DNA from: Lentisphaeria bacterium
GTDB taxonomy: Bacteria; Verrucomicrobiota; Lentisphaeria; JABSQK01; CAJWLW01
Direction: 5' to 3'
NCBI GenBank assembly: GCA_963580095.1
Contig: CAUZJQ010000002.1
Span: 1-51,148 of the forward strand
DNA length: 51,148 nucleotides
The position numbers and the translations under genes are program-made. This document shows positions 1 through 9,290 of the stretch, piece after piece. The notes below the pieces were generated by a model. The model saw only the letters and a list, made by a program, of their open reading frames with translations, did not search any database and was not told the DNA's origin. The stretch's first letter is position 1, and every line of letters starts with the position of its first letter.

Positions 1-101
1 CCGAACACGTCCTCGTCCCCGAGCAGGTCATCCAGCTCGTCCTGTGCCGGCACCACGCATGCCAGGCAGAAGAATAAGAACAGTCTGAAGATCAATCGCA
101 T
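1..101 (-). CDS. 5' end of an exported-protein gene running off the left edge (partial)
   Basis: Absent from the ORF track because it has no stop in the window. Minus-strand ATG at 101 has GGAG about 10 nt upstream. The translation MRLIFRLFLFFCLACVVPAQDELDDLLGDEDVFG looks like a signal peptide. Confidence 0.4.
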   Translation of the reverse strand, partial: MRLIFRLFLFFCLACVVPAQDELDDLLGDEDVF

Positions 102-187
102 GTCCGGGCTTCTCCAGTTCAAAAAAGGATTATGAAGGGCACACGCCTAAAATAGCCTCGAACCAATTCAACTCAAAGCAATTTCAG

Positions 188-3112
188 TCAATCGGAAAAC
201 ACCGGCCGCACAACATCGAAGCAGTCGCTCGCCTGCCGCAGAACCTCTTCGCTGCCAACAACGCACACGGCCCCGTTCGTCGCAAACTGGCGAAGCAGAT
301 CTGCATGGTCCTTAACCTGCTGGAGCGTACAGTCCAGAACTTGCTCGCGGCGTTGCTGCAGTTCCGACGCCGTGACGTTGCTCAAGTAATTGTGCAAAGC
401 GATTGCACCTTTGGCATCCGGCGTCCGCGGACTATCCAGACCGCCCATAGTCCCGATGACGAACCGCTCAAAATCAGCTTGACTGAGGTCGAGTCCGGCG
501 ATGTAGTCGCCCATCCGGTCGTAGGCCTCGAGCGTCTCCGACATTTTCGGATCACGGTAGGACAGACAGCAGAAGTTGCCGGACAAAACGGCAAAACTGA
601 CGAAGGCGCCATACGCATTGCCTTGCACCCGTACGGTATTCCAGAGATACTCGCGGCCCAACAACGTCTCAAGCACTTCGAAGCTGCCATGGTATTGGTA
701 GCCGGCATCATACAGATTGGCACCTTTGCCGACGTATTGGATTTTGCTGGGGATAATCAACCCTTCGTTCTCTGGCAATGGCTCGAAGGTGTAGATCTCC
801 GGTTCATAGTGCGTGTCGCTCAGCACATCCAGCATAGTGGGCATTGCAGCCTGCACCGCGGCCAGTTCGTCACCGCCGCCGATTACATGGATATGCATGC
901 CCTGACGCGAAAAAATATGGCGACGGATGGTCTGAAGATCCGCCAGCACCTCATCCGGCGACGAGGCCAGATCCTTTTCGAGTTGCTCGAGGAAATAGTA
1001 TTGTGTCAGTCCGCTGGTGACCTCACGGTAATGTCCCACCTGTGAATGATAAGCTGCCAGTCGTAGAGCCGCGAAACGGTGGCCGCCGGGGATGACCTGC
1101 GCCTGCATCTTCGAGCGCGAAATCGTCACCAGCTCTTTTATTCGCTCCAAATTACAGAGATCGCAATCGCCGTTAATTTCCGCCACAAGACGACCGAATT
1201 CCGGCACGTTCGAGGTCAATGCCTTGCCACCGACCGAAACGCGTGAAAACACCGTTTCGCGATCCCCCCGGCGCAACCCCGCTGAATAGCTGCAGGCGAT
1301 GCCTCCGGTGTGAATGCCGATGTCCTGAGTCAGCTCAACGTAATCACGCTTCGTCGTGCCGGCTTGCAGCAGGATACGTGCAAAAATTGGCAGGTACGGC
1401 AGAAGCCGCTGTGGCAGCCCACCGACATCGAAAGCAAGCTGCAGGTAAGCGATGCCGTTGGTGGGCTGCTCGGCAAATGACAGCTTGGTAGCACCGTCAT
1501 CGATCAACTCGAAACTCAGCTCTTCTTCCTGGCGGTCAACGCATGACAGCGGCAGCTTTGGGATGGTCGCCAGCGCTTCGGGCGGATCGGGTTGCATTTG
1601 AGCAGCCAACAACGCCCTGGTCTCCTCGACCAACAGTTCGAGCTCGGCCGGCGACAGGCTCGATTTGTGTGCTGCCAGTTTCGCGCCAAGCGCCTCCAAC
1701 CGCTGCGGTTCAAGTTTTGGATCTGGCGTCATTGCCAGGGTAACGCTGTGCGGGTTTCGCAAAAGCAGGTCGGCGATCATGTCCTCGAAATATCGTCCCG
1801 TCGCGATCTTTCGTTTGATGGCGTCCAGCGTCTTGCGGTAGTACAGGTGCGTGAACGGGTCGGCATCGTACAGCCATGGCGTCACCAGCGTCAGTCCGTA
1901 CACCAGGCCCTTCGGGTATCCCCCGAAATTAGCTTCGCGCAGGTCGAACTCGATGGAGTTAACTGCCGCCTCGATCATCTTCGGATCGAGGCCGTCATCG
2001 GCCAATTTCTGCAAGGTGGTCTCGATCAGATCCACCATCTCGGGTACGCGCTCGGCGTCAGTCCCCTTCAGGCCGATCGAATAGTAGGTATCCAAAATGT
2101 CGCCCTCGTACCCCGCGCAGAAAACATCCTCTCCCAGGCGCGAGTCGACCAGTGCCTTGAACAGCGGCGATGCTGGGGTCCCGGACAGGATGTGTGCCAG
2201 GATCCCCATCGCCATGTGTTCTTCAGCCGCCGTCGGCTTACCGACCAAAATGGCATGCGCCGCATACGTCTTGCCAGCGGTGCTCACGCCGCTGGTGATC
2301 GGGTAGGAGGTCGTGTGCTGTTGCGGTTCGAAGCGGCGTTGCGGCATCACCGGCGGTGTCGGTTCGCAACGGTCGGCGTCCTGCAGGTAGTCCTGGATCT
2401 GTTCCAGTTGCGGTTCGATCTCGAGATCACCGTAAAGCACGAACAGACAGTTCGACGGATGATAACAGGTATCGTAAAAAGCCCGGAACTCTTCGAACGT
2501 CAGATCCGGAATGAACTCCGGATCACCCCCAGATGCCTGGCCGTAGACGGTATCGGGAAACAACAGGCGATCGAGCTTATCGGAGAACAACTGCTCCGGA
2601 TCCGAGTAAGCCCCGAGCATCTCGTTGTAAACGACGCCGGAGTAGATCAGCGGCGCGTCGACGTTTTCCAGCTCGTAATGCCAACCCTCCTGTTTGAACG
2701 TAGCTGCGGTCAGTTTCGGGCGAAAAATAGCGTCGAGATAAACGTTCGTAAGATTGGTGAAGTCCTGCAGGTTCCGGCTGGCAACGGGATAAACCGTGCG
2801 GTCCGGGTAGGTCATCGCGTTGAGGAACGTATTGAGGCTGCCCTTGAGAAGCTCGGAGAACGGTTCCTTAACCGGATAGCGCTCCGAACCGTTGAGTACC
2901 GAGTGCTCGAGGATGTGCGCCACGCCCGTGTGGTTCCCCGGCGGCGTCCGGAAACTGGCCATGAAGACTTTGTTGTCGTCGTCGCACTTGAGCAGGATCA
3001 GGTTGGCGCCGGTTCTCTCGTGGCTGAATGTAAAAGCCTCGTTGGCGATTTCATCGATCCACTCCTTTCGCTGCAGACGAAAGCCGTGAATAAGATCATT
3101 GAGTTCGTACAT
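188..3112 (-). CDS. M16C-family zinc metallopeptidase (presequence-protease/PreP-like insulinase)
   Basis: Carries the HILEH inverted zincin motif (GVAHILEHSVLNGSERYPVKEPF). Its ~975 aa length is typical of M16C. The ATG at 3112 (MYELNDL) has GGAAGG 4 nt upstream; the track start at 3157 is a TTG extension. No signal peptide is visible. Confidence 0.9.
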   Translation of the reverse strand: MYELNDLIHGFRLQRKEWIDEIANEAFTFSHERTGANLILLKCDDDNKVFMASFRTPPGNHTGVAHILEHSVLNGSERYPVKEPFSELLKGSLNTFLNAMTYPDRTVYPVASRNLQDFTNLTNVYLDAIFRPKLTAATFKQEGWHYELENVDAPLIYSGVVYNEMLGAYSDPEQLFSDKLDRLLFPDTVYGQASGGDPEFIPDLTFEEFRAFYDTCYHPSNCLFVLYGDLEIEPQLEQIQDYLQDADRCEPTPPVMPQRRFEPQQHTTSYPITSGVSTAGKTYAAHAILVGKPTAAEEHMAMGILAHILSGTPASPLFKALVDSRLGEDVFCAGYEGDILDTYYSIGLKGTDAERVPEMVDLIETTLQKLADDGLDPKMIEAAVNSIEFDLREANFGGYPKGLVYGLTLVTPWLYDADPFTHLYYRKTLDAIKRKIATGRYFEDMIADLLLRNPHSVTLAMTPDPKLEPQRLEALGAKLAAHKSSLSPAELELLVEETRALLAAQMQPDPPEALATIPKLPLSCVDRQEEELSFELIDDGATKLSFAEQPTNGIAYLQLAFDVGGLPQRLLPYLPIFARILLQAGTTKRDYVELTQDIGIHTGGIACSYSAGLRRGDRETVFSRVSVGGKALTSNVPEFGRLVAEINGDCDLCNLERIKELVTISRSKMQAQVIPGGHRFAALRLAAYHSQVGHYREVTSGLTQYYFLEQLEKDLASSPDEVLADLQTIRRHIFSRQGMHIHVIGGGDELAAVQAAMPTMLDVLSDTHYEPEIYTFEPLPENEGLIIPSKIQYVGKGANLYDAGYQYHGSFEVLETLLGREYLWNTVRVQGNAYGAFVSFAVLSGNFCCLSYRDPKMSETLEAYDRMGDYIAGLDLSQADFERFVIGTMGGLDSPRTPDAKGAIALHNYLSNVTASELQQRREQVLDCTLQQVKDHADLLRQFATNGAVCVVGSEEVLRQASDCFDVVRPVFSD

Positions 3113-3277
3113 CAAGCCTTCCGGATCCGGGTTGGTTCTTGGAACCAATCCACACAAGTTAGCTGCAGGCAGTCTGTATTTCTACATGGGGGCTCTCCCC
3201 TTTTTGCTGAAAAGCTGAACGAAAGAACACAAAACGCATCCAGGCTCCCCGCACCTGCACTCCCGTTCCGGCGACTC

Positions 3278-6200
3278 CTACCGCGGCTCGATCTCGATCG
3301 TCAGCGGATCGATCCAGCGTTTGTGCTCGTCGCCATAGTAGAGATAAGCACGGCTTGCCGGGCCAGTGTAAGTGCCGGGCACCGCAGCAATCAGGTCCAG
3401 CGGCAGCTCGACGATCTGCTGCGCCTGCAGTGATCGCCAATACAACACCACGTCACGGCCGATGACTTCGTACGCCGCGATGCGCTTCGCGTCGACCAGT
3501 TCCTTGAGTTGATCATGGCGCACCTCCAGCCCCCCCGGAATGCCGATTATGGCGACAGGATTCGGCACCGCCTCCTCACTGCGGTTTCTTACCGAAATCT
3601 GCGCATTCACCAGTTCACCTTCACGGACTTTCTGATGATTGAGTGTCGCTGTCAGTTCGATCAGGCACGCGTCGCTGGAGTCCGGTTGCGCGGCGTTCAT
3701 CTGCACCGCAACGCTACACGGCATGCTCGCCCCCCCCGTCAACCGGAGTTCAATGGTGTGTTTGCCGGGCGACATTAACTCGCTGACATCAGTCAATTCA
3801 ATCGTCGTCTGCGTGTCACTGTCGAACTGCACGGGCGTGCCGCAGCGCCGGCCGTCGACATAGAGCGAAACGGAACCCGGCTTGCGGTCGCTGGCGCGGG
3901 CCTTGTCATAGGCCATGATCGCCCGCAGCGCCAGAACAGTCGACTGGGTAGACCCGTAACGCCCAGCTTTGCAGCTCTCCGCAATCCAGCGAATAGCGCT
4001 CTCGACGTTGCCGGTGTAGCGATCGTTCTGCAGCCACGCCAGCACGGCGAGCGCTGTCGTCTCGACCTGCAGCGATATGCCACTGCTGCCGACGATCGAT
4101 GTGGTGGCGCCATCGACAACGCCTGATTCGGCCTGCGCCTGCCCCAACTTGTCCAGCAATTTGACGGCACTGTTGCCGCTCGCCAGTGCGACGTTCGCAC
4201 CGAGCGCAGTTACATAGCTGTTGCTGCCGGCATGAGCGCGCTTCAGTATGCTGGCGATCTCGGCCAGCAACTTAGCCGGCGGCGTACCGCTCTGCAGGAG
4301 TGACCACGTGATGTAGGCATCCGAACAATCGCGGTCCTGAATCCAGGTGTGCAGGGCCCGGCGCTCCCGCTTGAAACCGCCGGCGCCATCGCGCGCGGCC
4401 ATCACCCAGTCTTTCGTGCGGCCAACCATGGAGGCATCCACCGCATAGACCTCGGCCATGTCGGTGAACTGCAGCAACCCGTACGCGCTGAGCGCTTCGT
4501 GCGCCGGCGCCTGGCCGAACCATTCGTAACCGTTTGAGCTGCATTCGAAACTGGTCAGCCGTTTATAGCCCTTGTCTAGCAACGCACGCCCCCTGCTCAC
4601 CAGTTTCGGGTCGATGCCGGCATGGGTCTCGAAGTACTGCTGAGCCATGACTACCGGGTAATTCGTCGAACTGGTCTGCTCGAAACAACCATGCGGTTCA
4701 CGTAACAATGCGGACACCGCATCGGTCAGATTCGCCAACGGCGCCGGGTACACGACGATCGCGGTGCTGATGCTGCCCGGCACCACGCTCTCGGGAATCG
4801 TGACTGTGACGACGCAGGACGAGTCCGGCTCGAGCTTGCCGCCCTGGGCAATCTGCATCGGAAACCCGCGCGGCACCACCTGGATATGACGTGTCACCTG
4901 GTCGCTGTAGGCGTCGGCCGTCCCTGTGAGTGTAAGGCTGATGTCGTCACGCCCGTCAACCGGCAATTCAATGATGCCACGACCGCGGTCCCCGGCCTGG
5001 AGATCGACAATGGTGAGATCGTTGATACGAATCTTCGGGACGACATTCGCCGTTAGACGGACGTCGCCCAGCGTCGTGCTGGTGCCGTTGACAACAGCAA
5101 CCGGCAGGCGGATACGGTCACCAGCAGTGACCTCGAGCGGTAGTTTCGGCTCGATGTAGAACGGGCGTACCGACTCGATGTAGATGGTGCCTGAGCCGAT
5201 CACGCCGTCGCCGTCGAACGCATCGGCCGCAACCGTAAAACTGGTGACTGAATCGCTAAGCGCGAATTGCACTTTTACCTCGCCGGTCGTTGCATCGGTG
5301 CGGATGCCGGCGTGCCAGTAGAGTGTTTCCGTGAAGTCAGTACGTTCATCCGGCCGGCGTTGCGGCCGGTGCGAGTGGGCGTACTGGCGGATCGTGACGT
5401 AGTTGCCGCGAAACGAACTAATGCCGGAGGCCTGATCGAAATCTTCATCTGCAAACTTTAATGCCGCGGGCAGCCTGTCCCGCCCTCTTTGGTTCTCCTG
5501 CTTACGAACCCTTTTGGCGTCCATCGCGATCCCCGCCACGGCAAACGGCGCTGGTGGTGCTGCTTGATTCATCTGCGGCACCGGAACCGCAGCAGGCCCT
5601 TCCATTGCCCGTCCGACCAAAACATCATCATCAATCGGCATCGCCATGTTGAACGCGACATCGGCTTCAACATGAAAATCGTCGAGCCTCTCGGCCTTGA
5701 ACCGCATAGGCATGCGGTTCATCTTGGCGATTGGCGGTGCCTGCGGCAGAACACGACGGGCGTCATTGCCATACTTGCTGACAAATGACTTCAAATCAGT
5801 CACAGCAAAACGGCGCCACCCCTGCGTGCCGAGCAGTAGATCGACAGCGCGCGGCGAATCCGGATTGCTGCTGTCGAGATAGACATGCGCATCTGCCAGG
5901 TCACGCACGTCATTATCCAGAAAAACCATGACCGGCAGGCGGGGCGCCTGTTCCCGCTTGTCGATCATTTCCAGCACGGTCTCATCGGTGACGGTCATGC
6001 CGACAACGGCGCTCACCGGTTTGCCGTCGGCACCTGTGGTACGCACGGTCAACTCGACCTTGTCGCCGGGCACATAGCGTTTGCGGTCTGCTTCGATCGA
6101 GACATTGACCATCTTCTCCGGCTGTCGAAAGACCAGGCGCTCGGCTATCGGCCTGCCCGCGGCATTAAAAACAGTCGCGGTCAACACCCCATCGATCCCA

Positions 6201-7417
6201 GGCGGTACATCCAGACGTATCTCCGCCGGCGTTGTGCCCGCTGTCATTGTTGTCCCTGTCAATTCTTTTTCGCGCTTGTACAACCGGACATCCAGTTCCT
6301 GCTCCATCGTCGATGCGAGTTCCAGGACAACCGGCCAGCGATAGTCGAAGCTCTCATGAACCGCATGCAGTGCGACGCCGCGGGACACCGGCTTCGGCAA
6401 GTCAAAGGTCCGCTCAATGCCGGCGGGTTCGTCGATGCGCAGCCGATACGATTCGCCGGCTCGCGGCATGAAGGCGAAGCTCCCCCTGCCCTCGTGTACC
6501 GTTCGAAACGTCGTCACTTCATTGTCGTCGGAATCGAGTACGACGCCGGCGATGTCCGCTGGCTTCCGTGCCGGTGTGCGTGCTTCTATATAGACATAGT
6601 TGGCGAGCCCGGCCACCAGGTCGCCGCCTTCCGGGTACATACTTATATCCAGGGTCTGCAGCAAAATTGGAATCGTCTTGGCCGCAGTCTCAACAACACC
6701 CCCGTCCCGTACGACAAAGGTCAATGTGCCGTCGCCGGTCTCAATACGGTTCGGCAATTCGAATCTGGCTTCGCAATATCCTTTGGCGTCGATCTCGGTG
6801 GCGCCCTGATACACATCGATGCCGTCGATCGTGGCGACAATGTCGACGGCGGCGCCGGCGGGTACGCCGCCTTCGGCGCGGCCGGCTTCGAGGATGGCAA
6901 CGACGTCGTCGCCCGGACCGTAGCCCTCGCGGACAAACTCGATCTGGGTATTGAGCCGCGGCGCCCGATAGGCACGAATCTCAAATCCACGTTTGCCGGC
7001 CGGCATCGCCACACCGTTGCCCTGCACCTCAACCGTGTACCGTCCACCGGGTTGACCGTCCGGGACCAGCCATGTATAGGCCGCGACGCTGTCAATAATT
7101 TTGGAGTAGCCGCTGGTGATCTGATCGCCCTTGGGGCCGGCAATCACAAAGGCGCAGGAAGCCGCAGCGGTCATCGGCTTGTGCGTATGCGCATCGAGTA
7201 CAACCGTGCGCACATAGACCTTCTCACCGGCACGATAGATCGGCTTGTCCGTGCTCACGTGTCCCAGGTAGCGGGTATCGCCGCCAAGTGATTTTACGAT
7301 GGCGTGGGCCGGTGGATTTTTCGCCCATACTTTGATCGCGAGCCCGGAACCGAAAACGGTGACGAGAATGGTCGACAGCAGGAACAGTCTCTGATTCAGT
7401 TTCATTGGATTACTCAT
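3278..7417 (-). CDS. Alpha-2-macroglobulin-like thioester-containing protein (MG-domain repeats, bait-like region, TED, C-terminal MG/receptor-like domain)
   Basis: MG-domain signatures are present (TDKPIYRAGEKVYVR, FEIRAYRAPRL, ETLYWHAG). A thioester-type motif PHGCFEQTSSTNYPVVMAQQYF is encoded at 4676-4687. The protein starts at MSNPMKLNQRLFLLSTILVTVFGSGLAIKVWA, a signal or anchor without a lipobox. The track start at 7603 overlaps the upstream gene. Confidence 0.85.
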   Translation of the reverse strand: MSNPMKLNQRLFLLSTILVTVFGSGLAIKVWAKNPPAHAIVKSLGGDTRYLGHVSTDKPIYRAGEKVYVRTVVLDAHTHKPMTAAASCAFVIAGPKGDQITSGYSKIIDSVAAYTWLVPDGQPGGRYTVEVQGNGVAMPAGKRGFEIRAYRAPRLNTQIEFVREGYGPGDDVVAILEAGRAEGGVPAGAAVDIVATIDGIDVYQGATEIDAKGYCEARFELPNRIETGDGTLTFVVRDGGVVETAAKTIPILLQTLDISMYPEGGDLVAGLANYVYIEARTPARKPADIAGVVLDSDDNEVTTFRTVHEGRGSFAFMPRAGESYRLRIDEPAGIERTFDLPKPVSRGVALHAVHESFDYRWPVVLELASTMEQELDVRLYKREKELTGTTMTAGTTPAEIRLDVPPGIDGVLTATVFNAAGRPIAERLVFRQPEKMVNVSIEADRKRYVPGDKVELTVRTTGADGKPVSAVVGMTVTDETVLEMIDKREQAPRLPVMVFLDNDVRDLADAHVYLDSSNPDSPRAVDLLLGTQGWRRFAVTDLKSFVSKYGNDARRVLPQAPPIAKMNRMPMRFKAERLDDFHVEADVAFNMAMPIDDDVLVGRAMEGPAAVPVPQMNQAAPPAPFAVAGIAMDAKRVRKQENQRGRDRLPAALKFADEDFDQASGISSFRGNYVTIRQYAHSHRPQRRPDERTDFTETLYWHAGIRTDATTGEVKVQFALSDSVTSFTVAADAFDGDGVIGSGTIYIESVRPFYIEPKLPLEVTAGDRIRLPVAVVNGTSTTLGDVRLTANVVPKIRINDLTIVDLQAGDRGRGIIELPVDGRDDISLTLTGTADAYSDQVTRHIQVVPRGFPMQIAQGGKLEPDSSCVVTVTIPESVVPGSISTAIVVYPAPLANLTDAVSALLREPHGCFEQTSSTNYPVVMAQQYFETHAGIDPKLVSRGRALLDKGYKRLTSFECSSNGYEWFGQAPAHEALSAYGLLQFTDMAEVYAVDASMVGRTKDWVMAARDGAGGFKRERRALHTWIQDRDCSDAYITWSLLQSGTPPAKLLAEIASILKRAHAGSNSYVTALGANVALASGNSAVKLLDKLGQAQAESGVVDGATTSIVGSSGISLQVETTALAVLAWLQNDRYTGNVESAIRWIAESCKAGRYGSTQSTVLALRAIMAYDKARASDRKPGSVSLYVDGRRCGTPVQFDSDTQTTIELTDVSELMSPGKHTIELRLTGGASMPCSVAVQMNAAQPDSSDACLIELTATLNHQKVREGELVNAQISVRNRSEEAVPNPVAIIGIPGGLEVRHDQLKELVDAKRIAAYEVIGRDVVLYWRSLQAQQIVELPLDLIAAVPGTYTGPASRAYLYYGDEHKRWIDPLTIEIEPR

Positions 7418-7494
7418 GGGGTGAAGCGGTGAATAGGTGAAGGATGAAGGGGTTGAGGGTTGAAGATTGAAACTGGAAGCTTTCCCATCCGTTG

Positions 7495-7516
7495 CCGGGA
7501 CACTTCCCGGTTTTTT
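7495..7516 (+). terminator. Perfect 6-bp hairpin (CCGGGA-CACT-TCCCGG) followed by TTTTTT, in plus orientation inside a minus-strand intergenic spacer
   Basis: Read directly from the sequence. It lies 5 nt from the stop codon (7522-7524) of the upstream minus-strand gene. The U-tract exists only on the plus strand. Confidence 0.3.
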
Positions 7517-7521
7517 CCGGA

Positions 7522-8565
7522 TCAACGACCGAACGAAGAGGTGTGCACGATGCTCCCCTGCCACTCGAGCACGCCGCCGCCCATGCCACGGACCATCTGC
7601 CAACTGCGCCCGAGACCCGGGGTCCCCCGATCACGGAACTGTGAATTCCGCAACTGATTCAGATAACCGCGGATGTCCGGGTGACCTTGCAAGTGTTCGC
7701 GCCGCGCTTGCGGGAACGGCACAATGACGTCGGAGACATACGACCGGCAAAGCTTCGGCCACAGCGCTTCAAACAGATTTGCACTCGAGAAAATATCGCC
7801 CCCGACAATCCGGCCATGCACCACGACAACCACGCCGACTGTACGCTGCAGCGGCATACGCAGACGATCGATCGCTTCGCGCATCCGCCGTTCAACGTCC
7901 GGCGCCTTGTAGAACTCATCGTAATCGCTGTTCCTCGCCTCGACCTTGGCAGCGGACAATTGCCGGTCGATGTCGTTCCACACGCTGCGCTGATCAGCAG
8001 CCGCAGCCGCTAGCTTACGGACGCTGACGGCGGCGACGGCGCTGGAGGATTTGAAGCCGACACCGGCGTCCCAACGTCCTTGTTCGACACAGTATACGTC
8101 AATGTCGACAAACCCCGAACGCGGCGGCAAAATCACATCGACAGCGATTGTGCGGTTTTGTTTGCCGCCGAGGATCATTTCGCCGGCCATCAGGAAAAGG
8201 TGGTGATCGGAGACGTTGCGCACCTGCAGGCGATTGACAGAGGCCGCCTCGCGTTCGCGGATTTCCAGCCAACCGCTGCCGAGGGCTGCATCCAGCGTCT
8301 GGAGACGCTGGTGTGTCGGGTGCCGCCAGCGCAGTTGCAGCGGATATACAGTCAATTGCCCATACTGCTGGGCCACACCGATATCGAGCCGGTCAACGAG
8401 GCGGGCCAGGGGCGGCTGGTCGACCGGCTCCGGCATGGGGCGCGGGATGTGGATCGGCGGATCGGGCTGGGGTTCGGCGACTGTGCCGTGGTCGGATTCC
8501 AGGTATGCCGGCCGGCCGGCCAGGGCCAGGAAGAATACAGCGAGTGACAAAAATCGAGTGTTCAT
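7522..8565 (-). CDS. Secreted protein of unknown function (resembles the DUF6569/ARPP-1-type family from memory; unverified)
   Basis: ATG at 8565 has GGAGG 5 nt upstream. The signal peptide is MNTRFLSLAVFFLALAG. The core contains QLTVYPL, GWLEIRE, LFLMAGEMILGGKQNRT and VYCVEQGRW. It sits 104 nt upstream of the A2M-like gene on the same strand. Confidence 0.7.
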   Translation of the reverse strand: MNTRFLSLAVFFLALAGRPAYLESDHGTVAEPQPDPPIHIPRPMPEPVDQPPLARLVDRLDIGVAQQYGQLTVYPLQLRWRHPTHQRLQTLDAALGSGWLEIREREAASVNRLQVRNVSDHHLFLMAGEMILGGKQNRTIAVDVILPPRSGFVDIDVYCVEQGRWDAGVGFKSSSAVAAVSVRKLAAAAADQRSVWNDIDRQLSAAKVEARNSDYDEFYKAPDVERRMREAIDRLRMPLQRTVGVVVVVHGRIVGGDIFSSANLFEALWPKLCRSYVSDVIVPFPQARREHLQGHPDIRGYLNQLRNSQFRDRGTPGLGRSWQMVRGMGGGVLEWQGSIVHTSSFGR

Positions 8566-8691
8566 GACGCCTCCATTGTGGGCTTGCATCAGGCAACTGG
8601 CGAGCCATTCAACAATGAAGACGTCCGAACACTGATATTTCTTAGTACCTCAGCAGAAAAAAATATGCCATTGACCAGGGATCCGGCTGGA

Positions 8692-9174
8692 TCAGTGGCC
8701 GTGGCCTTCATGGCCGTGGCCACCATGGTCGTGGCCACCATGGTCGTGGCCACCAGCATCATCGACAGCTCCCGGTTCGTCACCAGCATCATCGACAGCT
8801 CCCGTCAAGGCGAACGACGTCGCGACGAATATGCCGTCCTGGACTTCACCAGCCATGTCAGCCTCGGCGCTGCCCGAACAAAGACCAATTTTGTGGGCTG
8901 AGATTTCCACGCCTTCAATCCAGTAGGCTTTGCCATCGACCTTGACCGCAGCCTCACAGCCCTCGGCATCTGCCATTTCGAAGATGCAACCACCGCAACC
9001 CACTTCATAAGTCATCGCCTCGGCAACCGCCGTATCATTGTTCCCAGAGGCGGTCGGAGCGATCGGAGCGGTCGGAGCAATCGGAGCGGCCGTGTCTTTG
9101 CTGCCGCTGCAACCGGTGATCATCATAGCCGTGAGCACAGTAACGGCGAGTTTTGTGTTGATTCGAGTCTTCAT
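8692..9174 (-). CDS. Lipoprotein with a Cys-rich core and a His-rich C-terminal tail (putative periplasmic metal-binding protein)
   Basis: Signal peptide and lipobox are MKTRINTKLAVTVLTAMMITGC, with GGAG 7 nt upstream of the ATG at 9174. It contains CGGC, GCEAA and GLCSG motifs. The tail is GGHDHGGHDHGGHGHEGHGH. An alternative ATG at 9294 forms an ATGA overlap with the pump stop. Confidence 0.75.
   Translation of the reverse strand: MKTRINTKLAVTVLTAMMITGCSGSKDTAAPIAPTAPIAPTASGNNDTAVAEAMTYEVGCGGCIFEMADAEGCEAAVKVDGKAYWIEGVEISAHKIGLCSGSAEADMAGEVQDGIFVATSFALTGAVDDAGDEPGAVDDAGGHDHGGHDHGGHGHEGHGH
8721..8804 (-). repeat. Coding tandem repeats (2 x 15 bp caccatggtcgtggc; 24-bp unit caccagcatcatcgacagctcccg twice, 30 bp apart)
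   Basis: Read directly from the sequence. The repeats encode the GHDHG and AVDDAG duplications in the lipoprotein tail. Confidence 0.9.
9051..9086 (-). repeat. 2 x 18-bp coding tandem repeat (APIAPT linker)
   Basis: ggtcggagcgatcggagc is followed by ggtcggagcaatcggagc. This encodes APIAPTAPIAPT just after the lipobox. Confidence 0.85.
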
Positions 9175-9290
9175 TATTTTGTCTCCAGGGTTTTTGGGAC
9201 GGCAATCTGCCTCCCGGGTTTCTCGGAACAATTGCAACTGAATTTGCGGAGCAACCTCCTTGTTTGAATTTTCAATAATTTGCACGGCAT

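Noticed and set aside
1592-3433. A 613-aa plus-strand ORF, together with many other long antisense ORFs. Examples are 5885-7291 (+), 13225-13914 (+), 15480-16322 (+), 17384-18346 (+), 28934-30349 (+), 30674-31927 (+), 33025-33825 (-), 34893-35696 (-), 36489-37196 (-), 43314-43997 (-) and 46253-46957 (-).
   Set aside because: They lie opposite genes with clear family signatures. Their products are Arg/Gly/Ala/Pro-rich low-complexity sequences with no motifs. This is typical of shadow ORFs in GC-rich DNA.
7418-7603. Track-derived N-terminal extensions of real genes. Examples are the A2M-like gene from 7603, the peptidase from 3157, the kinase from 31975, the hydrolase from 34716, ogt from 44491, epmA from 36411 and the helicase from 46879.
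   Set aside because: The extensions overlap upstream genes or are Arg-rich and non-homologous. The internal ATGs coincide with signal peptides, conserved N-termini or SD sequences.
8695-9086. Short tandem DNA repeats that might be mistaken for a CRISPR-like or VNTR array. The same applies to 13255-13299.
   Set aside because: The units are 15-30 bp, directly adjacent without spacers, and in frame within coding sequence (His-rich tails and a Pro/Ala linker). This is not a CRISPR architecture.
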